DNA of 64,000 nt, from assembly GCF_054482525.1 (NCBI RefSeq), contig NZ_CM137006.1, one strand, 5' to 3'. The notes beneath the pieces are model-generated. The model searched no databases, was not told the DNA's origin, and saw nothing but the letters and a program-made list of their open reading frames with translations. Each line of letters starts with the position of its first letter. Position 1 is the stretch's first letter. A program made the position numbers and the translations under genes. Of the stretch, positions 1-13,870 are shown in pieces.

Positions 1-603
1 GTTAATCGCCGCAATGCCATCTGCGCCGCCGCGCTTCGCCGCCAGCGCCACTTCGCACATATCACCGATATTCGGCGTCATCTTCGCCAGCATCGGCAGC
101 GTGGAACCCCGTTTCACTGCCCGACAATATTTTTCTACCAGCTCCGGGCTTTGCCCGACATCGCTACCCATCGCATGAGAAGTCATTTGCGGACAGGAGA
201 AGTTACACTCGATCATATCCGCGCCAGCTTCTTGCACCAGGCGCGCCAGCTCTTCCCACTGCTGCTCATTTTCCCCCATGATTGAAGCTATCAATACTTT
301 GTCCGGGTAATCTTCCTTCAGCCGACGCAGGGCGGCCAGATTCTCTTCCAACGGATGTTCAGCAATCTGCTCCATATTTTTGAAGCCGATAAAACCGGTA
401 TCTTCTTTCACCAGATGATCAAAACGCGGCGAGACTTCGTTGGCGATAAAAAAACCGATCGTTTTAAACACCACGCCACCCCAGCCTGTGTCGTAGGCTT
501 TGGCACACATCTCATAGCAGTTGCCTACCGGCGAAGAAGAGAGGCAGAACGGGTTGGGAAACTTCACGCCGCAAAAAGTAATCGAAAGATCTTTCGTTAA
601 CAT
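1..603 (-). CDS. preA: NAD-dependent dihydropyrimidine dehydrogenase subunit PreA, N-terminal part (gene runs off window start)
   Basis: Minus-strand translation from CAT at 601-603 reads MLTKDLSI..., matching the recalled PreA N-terminus; start overlaps the preT stop (597-599) by 7 nt; not in ORF track because truncated by the window edge. Confidence 0.85.
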   Translation of the reverse strand, partial: MLTKDLSITFCGVKFPNPFCLSSSPVGNCYEMCAKAYDTGWGGVVFKTIGFFIANEVSPRFDHLVKEDTGFIGFKNMEQIAEHPLEENLAALRRLKEDYPDKVLIASIMGENEQQWEELARLVQEAGADMIECNFSCPQMTSHAMGSDVGQSPELVEKYCRAVKRGSTLPMLAKMTPNIGDMCEVALAAKRGGADGIAAIN

Positions 604-1835
604 GAGCAAGCTCCCTCTAAATAGTGATGAATCGCCTCGGCGGCTTCTTTCCCGGTTTTCACTGCATAGACCACGGTTTTGTCCCCCTCAACAATATCGC
701 CAGCAGCAAAGACTTGCGGGTCGCGGGTCTGGTAATTTTGTGTTTTGATGGTGTTACGCTGCGGCTCTAACTCCGCAAAGGCATCCAGTCTGGCATGCTG
801 ACCGACGGCGAGAATAATTTTATCTGCCGCCATCGTCAGTTCGCCCGGTAACCGTACATGCTTAAACGTGACTTTATTGCCTTCCACGGCTACTGGCGTG
901 AATCCATCGATGATCGAAACGCCCAGCTCCCGGGCGCTGGCAAACTCTTTTTCGCTTGCCGGAAACTCATCTAACTCTTCACGCGCTACGCAAGTTACTG
1001 CCTGACAGCCGAGAACTTTCAGCGTGCTGGCTACGTCCATCGCGACATCACCGCCGCCGATAATTAATGCGCTTTGTGGAATGCTGATATCGCCTTGCGC
1101 CTGTCGTGCACGATGCAAGAAGTCGACGGCAATCTCAATGTCGCTATGCTCAAACAGTGGTAGCCCCGAACCGCTTGATAACCCCACGGTGACCAGTACC
1201 GCGCGGTTTTCCGCTTTCAGTTGCTCCAGGGTGAGTGTTTTACCGATTTCGTTATTGCACTTAATGGTCACGCCCATTTTTTCAATACGGGCGATTTCTG
1301 CATCCAGTACTGATTGCGGTAACCGGAATTGCGGAATGCCGTTACGCAACCAGCCACCGGCTTGTGCTTCTTTCTCATAGATCGTGACGTCATAACCCTG
1401 GTTTGTCAGTGTCACACTGGCCTGCAATCCGGCAGGACCCGCGCCAATAATGGCGACTTTGCCGAGCGTTTTAGTACCGGGTTGATAAATTTCCATCCCA
1501 GTTTGTTGTTCAAAATCAGTAACAAAACGCTGTAAGCGACCGATATCAATGGGAGTATCAACACCGGCACGGGTACAACCGCTTTGGCATAATTTCTCCG
1601 TCGGGCACACTCTGGCACAAACGGCACCGAGGGCATTATTTTCGCGAATTGTCTCGGCAGCGCCTTTAAAATTACGAAAGTAGATTGAGCGAATAAATTT
1701 CCCCGGATCGGTCTGTGCCGGGCAAGCCTGACTACAGGGAGCGTCGTGACATAATAAGCAGCGAGAGGCTTCTTTAATCGCCAGTAACGGTGTAAAAGCC
1801 GGAGTGAGTTCATCCAGATAATTTTGTTGCGGCAT
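597..1835 (-). CDS. preT: NAD-dependent dihydropyrimidine dehydrogenase subunit PreT (FAD/NAD-binding, Fe-S cysteine clusters)
   Basis: 412-aa ORF; Cys-rich motifs ([16 protein letters not shown]) and GAGPAG dinucleotide-binding motif; recalled identity to E. coli PreT/YeiT. Confidence 0.93.
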   Translation of the reverse strand: MPQQNYLDELTPAFTPLLAIKEASRCLLCHDAPCSQACPAQTDPGKFIRSIYFRNFKGAAETIRENNALGAVCARVCPTEKLCQSGCTRAGVDTPIDIGRLQRFVTDFEQQTGMEIYQPGTKTLGKVAIIGAGPAGLQASVTLTNQGYDVTIYEKEAQAGGWLRNGIPQFRLPQSVLDAEIARIEKMGVTIKCNNEIGKTLTLEQLKAENRAVLVTVGLSSGSGLPLFEHSDIEIAVDFLHRARQAQGDISIPQSALIIGGGDVAMDVASTLKVLGCQAVTCVAREELDEFPASEKEFASARELGVSIIDGFTPVAVEGNKVTFKHVRLPGELTMAADKIILAVGQHARLDAFAELEPQRNTIKTQNYQTRDPQVFAAGDIVEGDKTVVYAVKTGKEAAEAIHHYLEGACSC

Positions 1836-1927
1836 GTGATCTTCCTTAATGCTATGAGTAATTAAGGCGAACGCTAAATAAATATTGCGTGCTGATATTA
1901 AGGCTATGCGCGTGGGGAAATTTAAAC

Positions 1928-1943
1928 TGTGAAAGGATTCACA
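1928..1943. promoter_or_regulatory. CRP-like site TGTGA-N6-TCACA upstream of preT
   Basis: tgtgaaaggattcaca, a perfect match to both CRP half-sites, about 90 bp upstream of the preT start. Confidence 0.45.
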
Positions 1944-2028
1944 AATAGCTGCGGTTCAGAATGTTATATCCGCAGCTTATTGAGTGAAGTAATAATTATT
2001 CTCAATAATTAACAGAAAAGAGAAAATA

Positions 2029-4024
<1,996 letters not shown>

Positions 4025-4083
4025 GGCGTTGCCTCATAATCATGTAATGGGATAACAGTTTACGAACCCGTTATGGCTTTATA

Positions 4084-4149
4084 TGTGATCTGAATCTCAT
4101 TAATTATGCAACGCGTGAAACTTACATCAAAAATGCGCGACGCATCGCA
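4084..4149 (-). promoter_or_regulatory. cdd promoter with tandem CRP sites (CytR/CRP-regulated)
   Basis: CRP-like sites tgtgatctgaatctca (4084-4099) and tgcgcgacgcatcgca (4134-4149) about 50 bp apart upstream of cdd; matches the known cdd promoter architecture. Confidence 0.6.
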
Positions 4150-4153
4150 AATT

Positions 4154-5280
<1,127 letters not shown>

Positions 5281-5482
5281 TTAATTCGTAAAACGTGCTA
5301 CCGATCACATTAAGAAATCAGCGCTTATTTTTTCGCTCCCGGGCATTACGCAATGAGCAGCGAACTCAGGCATACATCAAGAATAGAGAGGGATTGCAGT
5401 TTGCAGCAATCCCTCTTTGCAGACCTTTAATCCGTTGACTATAGGCGCTAACATAGCGCCTCATTTTTTTGCGGGTGATGAT

Positions 5483-6430
5483 ATGCGTGTGTTACTGGCA
5501 CCGATGGAGGGTGTACTCGACTCTCTGGTGCGTGAATTGCTGACCGAAGTTAACGACTACGATCTGTGCATCACCGAGTTTGTCCGCGTGGTGGATCAAC
5601 TGCTGCCGGTAAAAGTCTTTCATCGCATTTGCCCTGAGCTACAAAATGCCAGCCGGACACCTTCCGGTACGCTGGTGCGCGTGCAGTTGTTAGGTCAGTT
5701 CCCACAATGGCTGGCAGAGAACGCCGCCCGTGCGGTGGAGTTAGGTTCCTGGGGCGTGGATCTCAATTGCGGCTGCCCGTCGAAAACGGTTAACGGTAGC
5801 GGCGGTGGGGCGACGTTACTCAAAGAGCCTGAACTCATCTATCAGGGTGCAAAAGCGATGCGTGAAGCTGTACCGGCGCATTTGCCCGTCAGCGTGAAAG
5901 TGCGTCTGGGCTGGGACAGCGGTGAGAAGAAATTTGAAATCGCCGATGCGGTTCAACAGGCTGGTGCTACAGAGCTGGTGGTGCATGGGCGGACGAAAGA
6001 GCAGGGTTACCGCGCGGAGCATATTGACTGGCAGGCGATTGGCGAGATTCGCCAGCGGCTGAATATTCCGGTGATTGCCAACGGTGAAATCTGGGACTGG
6101 CAGAGCGCGCAACAATGCATGGCGATCAGCGGATGCGACGCAGTGATGATTGGTCGCGGGGCGCTCAATATTCCCAACCTGAGCCGGGTGGTAAAATATA
6201 ACGAACCGCGAATGCCGTGGCCGGAGGTGGTTGCTTTGCTGCAAAAATATACTCGTCTGGAAAAGCAGGGCGATACCGGGTTATATCACGTTGCGCGGAT
6301 TAAACAGTGGTTGAGTTATTTGCGTAAAGAATACGATGAAGCAACGGAATTATTTCAGCATGTTCGGGTGTTGAATAATTCCCCTGATATTGCAAGGGCT
6401 ATTCAGGCAATGGATATCGAGAAACTCTAA
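5483..6430 (+). CDS. dusC: tRNA-dihydrouridine(16) synthase DusC
   Basis: Start placed at ATG 5483 ([11 protein letters not shown]...) giving 315 aa; recalled identity to DusC. Confidence 0.93.
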   Translation: MRVLLAPMEGVLDSLVRELLTEVNDYDLCITEFVRVVDQLLPVKVFHRICPELQNASRTPSGTLVRVQLLGQFPQWLAENAARAVELGSWGVDLNCGCPSKTVNGSGGGATLLKEPELIYQGAKAMREAVPAHLPVSVKVRLGWDSGEKKFEIADAVQQAGATELVVHGRTKEQGYRAEHIDWQAIGEIRQRLNIPVIANGEIWDWQSAQQCMAISGCDAVMIGRGALNIPNLSRVVKYNEPRMPWPEVVALLQKYTRLEKQGDTGLYHVARIKQWLSYLRKEYDEATELFQHVRVLNNSPDIARAIQAMDIEKL

Positions 6431-6444
6431 AAAACCATAGTGAT

Positions 6445-6760
6445 GTTTTTTGACAATGTGTTAGCTCTTTATCAATAGGCCGCACGGTTGTTTGGTGGCG
6501 TCAAAATCGCCGAGGCGTTCCCCGAAGGCCGGGGCAGCCCACATGGATGTGGGCTGAGGGCGCGTTTTACAGGGATGTTACCTCGCGCCCGACCCGGTAG
6601 CCGTAAGGGATAAGCCGAGGGCACCGCGCAGCGGCGATTTTGTTCGCCAGAGCCCGGGGGTGCAGGGGGCGGCGGCGATTGGTCGCCCCCTGCGCGCTCC
6701 TTGCGCCAGTGATTATATGAAGCAATGCACATGACAGGAGCGCAACAGGATGAGAGACTG
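6445..6760. repeat. GC-rich, palindrome-dense intergenic element of unknown class (not canonical REP)
   Basis: About 300 bp of high-GC sequence with several short hairpins (gcccacatggatgtgggc, ggcgattttgttcgcc, ggcgattggtcgcc) between dusC and yohP; the only ORF in it is Pro/Gly/Arg-rich and looks spurious. Confidence 0.4.
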
Positions 6761-6802
6761 AAATATTCTCGTTATTTTCGGATCTGATGACATTAATTAA
6801 TT

Positions 6803-6886
6803 TTAAAATATCATCTTAAATACGCCAGTCACCACCAGTAGCCCAATCAGGAAAATAATCAATACAGCCCAGAGTATAATTTTCAT
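6803..6886 (-). CDS. yohP: small membrane protein YohP (27 aa)
   Basis: Minus-strand translation MKIILWAVLIIFLIGLLVVTGVFKMIF; below the ORF-track length cut-off; recalled match to YohP. Confidence 0.8.
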   Translation of the reverse strand: MKIILWAVLIIFLIGLLVVTGVFKMIF

Positions 6887-7109
6887 TGGCGTTCCTTTAT
6901 TTGTGAGTGCTGAATAAGTATAGGAAAAAACGAAGCCCTTTGCCGTTATCCATAAACGATTAAGATAAATCGGAAGATATCATTCACTTAGTGTATATTT
7001 TTCTGGATATGTCGTTTTATTGCTACTGATGTATTGCCACGCGAAACTAAAAAATATATCGCAACACACGGTAATCTCCGCGCACCTTTTCTTACCTGAT
7101 TATTCCCCC

Positions 7110-8546
7110 ATGAATCGTGATTCTTTTTATCCAGCCATCGCCTGTTTTCCGCTGTTACTGATGCTGGCCGGGTGTGCGCCTATGCATGAAACCCGCCAGG
7201 CGTTAAGCCAGCAAACGCCCGCTTCACAAGTTGACACCGCATTACCCACGGCGCTGAAAAATGGTTGGCCAGACAGCCAATGGTGGCTGGAGTATCACGA
7301 TAATCAACTCACTTCCTTAATTAATAACGCACTACAGAACGCACCGGATATGCAGGTGGCTGAACAGCGCATTCAACTGGCTGAAGCACAGGCGAAGGCA
7401 GTTGCCACTCAGGATGGTCCGCAGATCGACTTTTCTGCGGATATGGAGCGGCAAAAAATGTCTGCAGAAGGGTTAATGGGGCCGTTTGCTCTGAACGATC
7501 CTGCCGCAGGTACGACCGGTCCGTGGTACACCAACGGTACTTTTGGCTTAACGGCGGGCTGGCATCTCGATATCTGGGGAAAGAATCGGGCGGAGGTAAC
7601 TGCTCGCCTGGGTACGGTTAAAGCACGGGCGGCGGAACGCGAGCAAACCCGCCAATTGCTGGCTGGCAGTGTAGCCCGCCTGTACTGGGAGTGGCAAACC
7701 CAGGCGGCGTTAAACACTGTCTTACAGCAAATCGAAAAAGAGCAGAACACCATTATCGCCACCGATCGCCAGCTATATCAGAACGGGATTACTTCTTCAG
7801 TTGAAGGTGTGGAAACCGATATTAATGCCAGCAAAACCCGGCAGCAGCTCGACGATGTCGCGGGGAAAATGAAAATTATTGAGGCACGGTTAAGCGCACT
7901 TACAAATCACCAGACAAAGGCATTGAAGCTTAATCCGGTCGCGTTGCCGAAAGTGGCAAGCCAGCTTCCTGATGAACTGGGGTACTCCTTACTGGCGCGG
8001 CGGGCAGATTTGCAGGCGGCGCACTGGTACGTTGAGTCATCGTTAAGCACTATTGATGCGGCAAAAGCGGCATTTTATCCTGACATCAACCTGATGGCCT
8101 TCCTGCAACAGGATGCGTTGCACTTAAGCGATCTGTTCCGTCATTCCGCGCAGCAAATGGGCGTTACGGCAGGCCTGACGCTACCCATTTTCGATAGTGG
8201 TCGTCTTAACGCCAACCTCGATATCGCAAAAGCCGAAAGCAACTTGTCTATCGCCAGCTACAACAAAGCGGTGGTTGAAGCGGTGAATGACGTGGCGCAG
8301 GCAGCCAGTCAGGTTCAGACACTGGCGGAGAAAAACCAGCATCAGGCGCAAATTGAGCGCGATGCCTTGCGTGTAGTAGGTCTTGCGCAGGCGCGCTTTA
8401 ACGCGGGCATCATTGCGGGTTCCCGCGTCAGCGAAGCCAGAATCCCCGCGCTGCGTGAGCGGGCCAATGGCCTGTTATTGCAAGGGCAGTGGCTGGATGC
8501 CTCCATTCAACTCACTGGTGCGTTGGGCGGGGGTTACAAACGTTGA
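7110..8546 (+). CDS. mdtQ: outer-membrane efflux lipoprotein (TolC/NodT family) MdtQ, intact
   Basis: Start placed at ATG 7110 (MNRDSFYPAIACFPLLLMLAGC, lipoprotein signal with lipobox Cys); uninterrupted frame, whereas K-12 carries a pseudogene. Confidence 0.85.
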   Translation: MNRDSFYPAIACFPLLLMLAGCAPMHETRQALSQQTPASQVDTALPTALKNGWPDSQWWLEYHDNQLTSLINNALQNAPDMQVAEQRIQLAEAQAKAVATQDGPQIDFSADMERQKMSAEGLMGPFALNDPAAGTTGPWYTNGTFGLTAGWHLDIWGKNRAEVTARLGTVKARAAEREQTRQLLAGSVARLYWEWQTQAALNTVLQQIEKEQNTIIATDRQLYQNGITSSVEGVETDINASKTRQQLDDVAGKMKIIEARLSALTNHQTKALKLNPVALPKVASQLPDELGYSLLARRADLQAAHWYVESSLSTIDAAKAAFYPDINLMAFLQQDALHLSDLFRHSAQQMGVTAGLTLPIFDSGRLNANLDIAKAESNLSIASYNKAVVEAVNDVAQAASQVQTLAEKNQHQAQIERDALRVVGLAQARFNAGIIAGSRVSEARIPALRERANGLLLQGQWLDASIQLTGALGGGYKR

Positions 8547-8598
8547 TGATATGCGCCTTCTATACTTAACGTTTATTCAGCGTTAAGTGGAGAACTCG

Positions 8599-9360
8599 AT
8601 GGCACAGGTCGCGATTATTACCGCCTCCGATTCGGGGATCGGCAAAGAGTGCGCGTTATTACTGGCGCAGCAGGGGTTTGATATTGGTATTACCTGGCAC
8701 TCTGATGAAGAAGGGGCAAAAGATACCGCGCGTGAGGTGGTTAGCCACGGCGTACGTGCGGAGATCGTGCAGCTGGATCTCGGCAATCTACCAGAAGGGG
8801 CACTGGCGCTGGAGAAACTCATTCAACGACTGGGGCGCATCGATGTGCTGGTGAATAATGCGGGTGCAATGACCAAAGCGCCGTTTCTTGATATGGCTTT
8901 CGATGAGTGGCGCAAGATTTTTACCGTTGATGTCGATGGTGCATTTTTATGCTCGCAAATTGCTGCCCGCCAGATGGTGAAGCAAGGGCAGGGCGGTCGC
9001 ATCATCAACATTACATCGGTACATGAACATACGCCGTTGCCGGATGCCAGCGCCTACACAGCCGCTAAACATGCGCTCGGTGGGTTAACCAAAACGATGG
9101 CGCTGGAGCTGGTCAGGCATAAGATTTTGGTGAACGCAGTTGCACCTGGGGCGATCGCCACGCCAATGAATGGCATGGATGACGGGGACGTGAAGCCCGA
9201 CGCGGAGCCTTCGATTCCCTTGCGGCGTTTTGGCGCAACGCATGAGATTGCCAGCCTGGTGGTGTGGCTTTGTTCGGAGGGCGCAAATTACACCACTGGG
9301 CAGTCGTTGATAGTGGATGGCGGCTTTATGCTGGCGAATCCGCAGTTCAACCCAGAATAG
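8599..9360 (+). CDS. yohF: SDR-family oxidoreductase YohF
   Basis: Start placed at MAQVAIITASDSGIGK (Rossmann TGxxxGIG motif); 253 aa. Confidence 0.9.
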   Translation: MAQVAIITASDSGIGKECALLLAQQGFDIGITWHSDEEGAKDTAREVVSHGVRAEIVQLDLGNLPEGALALEKLIQRLGRIDVLVNNAGAMTKAPFLDMAFDEWRKIFTVDVDGAFLCSQIAARQMVKQGQGGRIINITSVHEHTPLPDASAYTAAKHALGGLTKTMALELVRHKILVNAVAPGAIATPMNGMDDGDVKPDAEPSIPLRRFGATHEIASLVVWLCSEGANYTTGQSLIVDGGFMLANPQFNPE

Positions 9361-9389
9361 CGCAGTGAGGTGCGTGGTTATTTCATTGG

Positions 9390-9470
9390 GTTAGGCCAGA
9401 TAAGACACGCCAGCGTCGCATCAGGCATGGTGCACCGGATGTCGGATGCGGCGCGAACACCTTATCCAGG
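9390..9470. repeat. pair of inverted REP elements (BIME-like)
   Basis: aggccagataagacacgccagcgtcgcatcaggcat and caccggatgtcggatgcggcgcgaacaccttatcc between the convergent yohF and yohD. Confidence 0.6.
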
Positions 9471-9479
9471 GCAATGGTT

Positions 9480-10058
9480 TTACGCCTGATGATCCGGCTT
9501 TTTCTTCCCGCGCCGTTTCAGCCACCAGCGCACGCCTACCACCAGAACCACGACCAGAATCAACCAGACCCAGTGCTTCAAATGCTGGTCGAGATTGTGC
9601 AACCACGGTGCAATCACCTGACCACCAGCGTAACCGATAGCGGTAAAAATCAACGCCCAGGCAAATGCGCCGAGAATGTTCAGCGGCAGAAAGATTTTCG
9701 GCGGCAGCTGGCTGGCACCAATCAGCGTCGGGCCAATGACCCGAAAGCCATACATAAAACGCGTACCAATGACAAACAGATACGGATGGCGTTGGATAAG
9801 TTTCTGCGCCCGCTCAATTTTATCCTGATGCTTAGAGAAACGGCGTAATAGCTTGCCGCCAAACCGCCGCCCGCACAGATAAAGCACCTGGTCGCCAATC
9901 ATGCCGCCAAGCGCCACAGAAAGTACCACCAGCGGGAACTTTAATAGCCCCTGATGCGCCGCAACGCCTCCCAGCAAAGTCACGGTTTCACCTTCCGCCA
10001 GGCTACCGATCACCAGCGCGGCATAACCATATTGTGAGATGAGTGTATTGAGATCCAT
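9480..10058 (-). CDS. yohD: DedA-family inner-membrane protein YohD
   Basis: Start placed at MDLNTLISQYGYAAL (192 aa); the ORF-track start at 10145 is an upstream extension. Confidence 0.85.
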   Translation of the reverse strand: MDLNTLISQYGYAALVIGSLAEGETVTLLGGVAAHQGLLKFPLVVLSVALGGMIGDQVLYLCGRRFGGKLLRRFSKHQDKIERAQKLIQRHPYLFVIGTRFMYGFRVIGPTLIGASQLPPKIFLPLNILGAFAWALIFTAIGYAGGQVIAPWLHNLDQHLKHWVWLILVVVLVVGVRWWLKRRGKKKPDHQA

Positions 10059-10227
10059 AGGCCAGTCTGTCTCCCTTTGCTTGCCTGTAAGCATACACCC
10101 TGTGAATAGTTCACGCTGAAAAAGGACGTACATCAGACGGTGCAAATTACATGAGCGAACAAAAAATAATCACAAGCTGACTTATACTTGAACTGTCAGG
10201 TTCATGAACTCACAACAAGGGGGCGGT

Positions 10228-10815
10228 ATGAGCCATGTCTGGGGACTGTTTTCCCATCCCGATCGTGAAATGCAGGTGATTAATCGTGAAAACGAAACGA
10301 TTTCTCATCACTACACCCACCACGTTTTGCTGATGGCGGCGATTCCGGTGATTTGCGCCTTCATTGGCACTACACAGATTGGCTGGAATTTTGGCGATGG
10401 CACTATCCTGAAGTTATCCTGGTTTACCGGACTGGCGCTGGCTGTCTTGTTTTATGGCGTTATGCTGGCTGGGGTCGCGGTGATGGGGCGGGTCATCTGG
10501 TGGATGGCGCGCAATTATCCGCAGCGTCCGTCACTTGCGCACTGCATGGTCTTTGCGGGCTACGTTGCAACTCCGCTGTTTTTAAGCGGTCTGGTGGCGC
10601 TTTATCCGCTGGTCTGGTTGTGTGCGCTGGTCGGCACGGTGGCGCTGTTTTACACCGGCTACCTGCTTTATCTCGGTATTCCGAGCTTCCTGAATATCAA
10701 CAAAGAGGAAGGCCTTAGCTTCTCCAGTTCGACGCTGGCGATTGGCGTGCTGGTACTGGAAGTGCTGCTCGCCCTAACCGTTATACTATGGGGCTACGGT
10801 TATCGTTTGTTCTAG
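10228..10815 (+). CDS. yohC: Yip1-family inner-membrane protein YohC
   Basis: Start placed at MSHVWGLFSHPDRE; multi-pass membrane ORF. Confidence 0.85.
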   Translation: MSHVWGLFSHPDREMQVINRENETISHHYTHHVLLMAAIPVICAFIGTTQIGWNFGDGTILKLSWFTGLALAVLFYGVMLAGVAVMGRVIWWMARNYPQRPSLAHCMVFAGYVATPLFLSGLVALYPLVWLCALVGTVALFYTGYLLYLGIPSFLNINKEEGLSFSSSTLAIGVLVLEVLLALTVILWGYGYRLF

Positions 10816-10988
10816 AAAGTTCTTTTGTGTTGCATTGCTGGCGTAAATGTCAGCAATGCAGCATTTCCTCACGATTCTCCTTTGACGATCGCACTTTTTG
10901 CTCGTTATGATGGCGTCGCTAGCCTCAGTAAATCCTTACTCCGGCGGTGCGCAACCCGTGCGCGTGAACCACTATCTGAATGCTCATC

Positions 10989-11921
10989 ATGCCGAAATTT
11001 CGAGTTTCTTTATTTAGCCTGGCCCTGATGCTGGCTGTGCCTTTTGCACCGCAGGCCGTTGCGAAAACGGCAGCCGCTACCACCGCTTCACAGCCGGAAA
11101 TTGCCTCCGGTAGCGCGATGATTGTTGATCTGAATACCAACAAAGTGATCTATTCGAACCACCCGGATCTGGTGCGTCCGATTGCGTCTATCAGCAAATT
11201 AATGACCGCGATGGTCGTGCTGGATGCGCGACTGCCGCTGGATGAAAAACTAAAAGTGGATATCAGCCAGACGCCGGAGATGAAAGGGGTCTATTCGCGC
11301 GTACGACTGAACAGCGAAATCAGCCGTAAAGATATGCTGTTGCTGGCGCTGATGTCTTCAGAAAACCGCGCGGCGGCAAGCCTTGCGCACCATTATCCCG
11401 GTGGTTACAAAGCCTTTATTAAGGCGATGAATGCGAAAGCGAAATCGCTCGGAATGAACAACACGCGCTTTGTTGAACCGACCGGACTATCGGTGCATAA
11501 CGTTTCAACCGCCCGTGACTTAACCAAACTGCTCATTGCCAGCAAACAATATCCGTTGATCGGGCAGTTAAGTACCACCCGGGAAGATATGGCAACCTTC
11601 TCTAACCCGACGTATACGCTGCCGTTCCGCAATACTAACCATCTGGTGTATCGCGATAACTGGAATATTCAGTTAACCAAAACCGGCTTTACCAATGCGG
11701 CGGGCCATTGTCTGGTGATGCGTACGGTTATCAATAATAAACCGGTGGCGCTGGTAGTGATGGACGCGTTTGGCAAATATACCCATTTTGCCGATGCCAG
11801 CCGCCTGCGTACCTGGATTGAAACCGGTAAAGTGATGCCTGTTCCGGCAGCAGCGTTGAGCTATAAAAAACAAAAAGCCGCCCAAATGGCGGCGGCGGGG
11901 CAGACGGCACAGAACGATTAA
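10989..11921 (+). CDS. pbpG: D-alanyl-D-alanine endopeptidase PBP7
   Basis: Start placed at [25 protein letters not shown] (signal peptide); SxxK active-site motif SISK; recalled identity to PbpG. Confidence 0.9.
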
Positions 11922-11924
11922 ATG

Positions 11925-11960
11925 AATTACGGATGGCGATACTCTGCCATCCGTAATTAT
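11925..11960. terminator. bidirectional rho-independent terminator between convergent pbpG and dld
   Basis: Hairpin aattacggatggc...gccatccgtaatt flanked by A/T runs. Confidence 0.6.
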
Positions 11961-13675
11961 TACTCCACTTCCTGCCAGTTTTTCCGCTTACTGGTTTTAC
12001 CGATCCCCGGATTCATACTGTTGGTCGGATCGTTCTCGCGATAAAACTTCTGCAACGTCTCCGGTGCTTTATACAAATGACCGACGTTATGTTCGGCAGG
12101 GTATTGCGCGCCGCGCTGCTGTAGCAGCTCCAGCATCTGTTCTTTCAACGCATGCACATCCACGCCTTTTTTAACGATGTAATCCTGATGGAAGACATAG
12201 CACATAAAATGGCCGTAATAGAGCTTGTGCACCAGCTGGCTGTCGATCTCCGGCGGTAAATGCTCATACCACTCGGTGTCGTTACGCCGCAGAGCGATAT
12301 CCAGCGCCAGAATGTCTTCGACTTCATCGGAATGCACCGCCTGATAACGAATTGCTGCGCCCGCAGCGGCGAAACGGTGTAAAAACGCTTTGCTACCTTC
12401 CTCCGGCGTACAGACAAAGAAATCGCCTTCGGCCTGTTTGAAATAATCCACCAGCCACGATTTGGCTTCACCGACGCCATCGCCCGCCATTTTTAACAGC
12501 AGATGATGTTCATATTTATCGCGCCAGTTTTTCATGCGCGGCGGTAAATGGCTGGGGAACAGGTGACCGAATTTTTGCATCGCACGGTCGGTAAAATGCG
12601 GACGGAAGAATTTCACTTTCTCCAGCATCGCATCGGTGCGCCCCTTGAGATTAAAGAAGAACGGCATCTTGTCGGTGCCTAACTTATCAATCATCAGGAA
12701 GGTGTCTTTGCCGTATTTTTCCGCAATATCGTAGATATCCCGGTGCATATATTCCCCGGCAACCGGTAGATTTTCGAAATTAGCCAGAATATGACGGCGG
12801 ATTTCGGTCAGTACTTCCGGCTGGTTGGTGCCGATATAAAACACCTGCTGATTTTTTTCCGCTTCGAAGGTATCAAGACGTACCGCAAAGACGGCCAGCT
12901 TCCCGGCGCAACCAGAAGATTCAAATAACCGATCCGGATCGGCGTTATAACGTGCGGGCGTGTCGGCTTCAATATCACGAACGCGGTGGACATAGTCATA
13001 ATCGTGGGCGTGACGACCATCGTGGCGCACATCGTCATCTTTGATGCGATCGTCATCCAGCTTGCTAAGGATCTGCTCCGGCGTTTCGCCCAGATCAATC
13101 CCCAGATGGTTCACCAGCGTCAGTTTGCCGTCTTCATTTATACGCGCAAATAACGACATTTCGGTATACGCCGGGCCACGTTGCACCAGCGAGCCGCCGG
13201 AGTTGTTACAAATACCGCCGATGACCGATGCGCCTATACACGATGATCCAATCACCGAGTGCGGTTCGCGTCCCAGCGGTTTGAGGGCTTTTTCCAGCGA
13301 ATAAAGCGTGGTGCCCGGATAGGCCAGCACTTGTTCGCCCTTGCCGAGAACGTGCAACTTATCGAGACGCTGGGTGCTGATGATCACGATATCGCGATCA
13401 TAGTCGTTACCGTTTGGCGTCGAGCCTTCGGTCAGACCTGTATTGGCAGCCTGCATCAGAATAATTTTGTCAGCGGTGACGCAGGCTTTCAGCACCCGCC
13501 ACAATTCCAGTAGTGAGCCAGGGAAAACGACAGCCAGCGCGTCGCCCTGACCAGAACGGAAGCCCTTGCGATAGCGGGCCGTTTTTGCGGGATCGGTGAG
13601 CAGGTGTGAATGACCGACCAGACGGGCAAGTTCATTCAAAAAGGCTTTATTATCAGTTGTTGTCATGGAAGACAT
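11960..13675 (-). CDS. dld: FAD-dependent D-lactate dehydrogenase
   Basis: Start placed at MSSMTTTDNK (571 aa); recalled identity to E. coli Dld. Confidence 0.93.
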   Translation of the reverse strand: MSSMTTTDNKAFLNELARLVGHSHLLTDPAKTARYRKGFRSGQGDALAVVFPGSLLELWRVLKACVTADKIILMQAANTGLTEGSTPNGNDYDRDIVIISTQRLDKLHVLGKGEQVLAYPGTTLYSLEKALKPLGREPHSVIGSSCIGASVIGGICNNSGGSLVQRGPAYTEMSLFARINEDGKLTLVNHLGIDLGETPEQILSKLDDDRIKDDDVRHDGRHAHDYDYVHRVRDIEADTPARYNADPDRLFESSGCAGKLAVFAVRLDTFEAEKNQQVFYIGTNQPEVLTEIRRHILANFENLPVAGEYMHRDIYDIAEKYGKDTFLMIDKLGTDKMPFFFNLKGRTDAMLEKVKFFRPHFTDRAMQKFGHLFPSHLPPRMKNWRDKYEHHLLLKMAGDGVGEAKSWLVDYFKQAEGDFFVCTPEEGSKAFLHRFAAAGAAIRYQAVHSDEVEDILALDIALRRNDTEWYEHLPPEIDSQLVHKLYYGHFMCYVFHQDYIVKKGVDVHALKEQMLELLQQRGAQYPAEHNVGHLYKAPETLQKFYRENDPTNSMNPGIGKTSKRKNWQEVE

Positions 13676-13870
13676 TTTCCACTCCTTGTGGTGGCGAAAA
13701 AATATCACAAACTAGAATAGCGCCTTGTATGACAATTCAGCGAGTGAATATTTTGAAAATTCAGACAATAAACTGAGCATTCTTTTTCTCTCTCCACCAT
13801 GCTTATGGCAAACTACGGTTTTTGCACCATTTTCGCTGCCACGTCGGGCAACAAAGGAAGAAAAATCCAT

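Noticed and set aside
1412-1813. 133-aa ORF on the minus strand
   Set aside because: Overlaps preT in another frame on the same strand; preT frame carries the conserved Fe-S and dinucleotide-binding motifs
6472-6732. 86-aa Pro/Gly/Arg-rich ORF
   Set aside because: Falls wholly inside the GC-rich palindromic element; composition indicates a chance open frame rather than a protein
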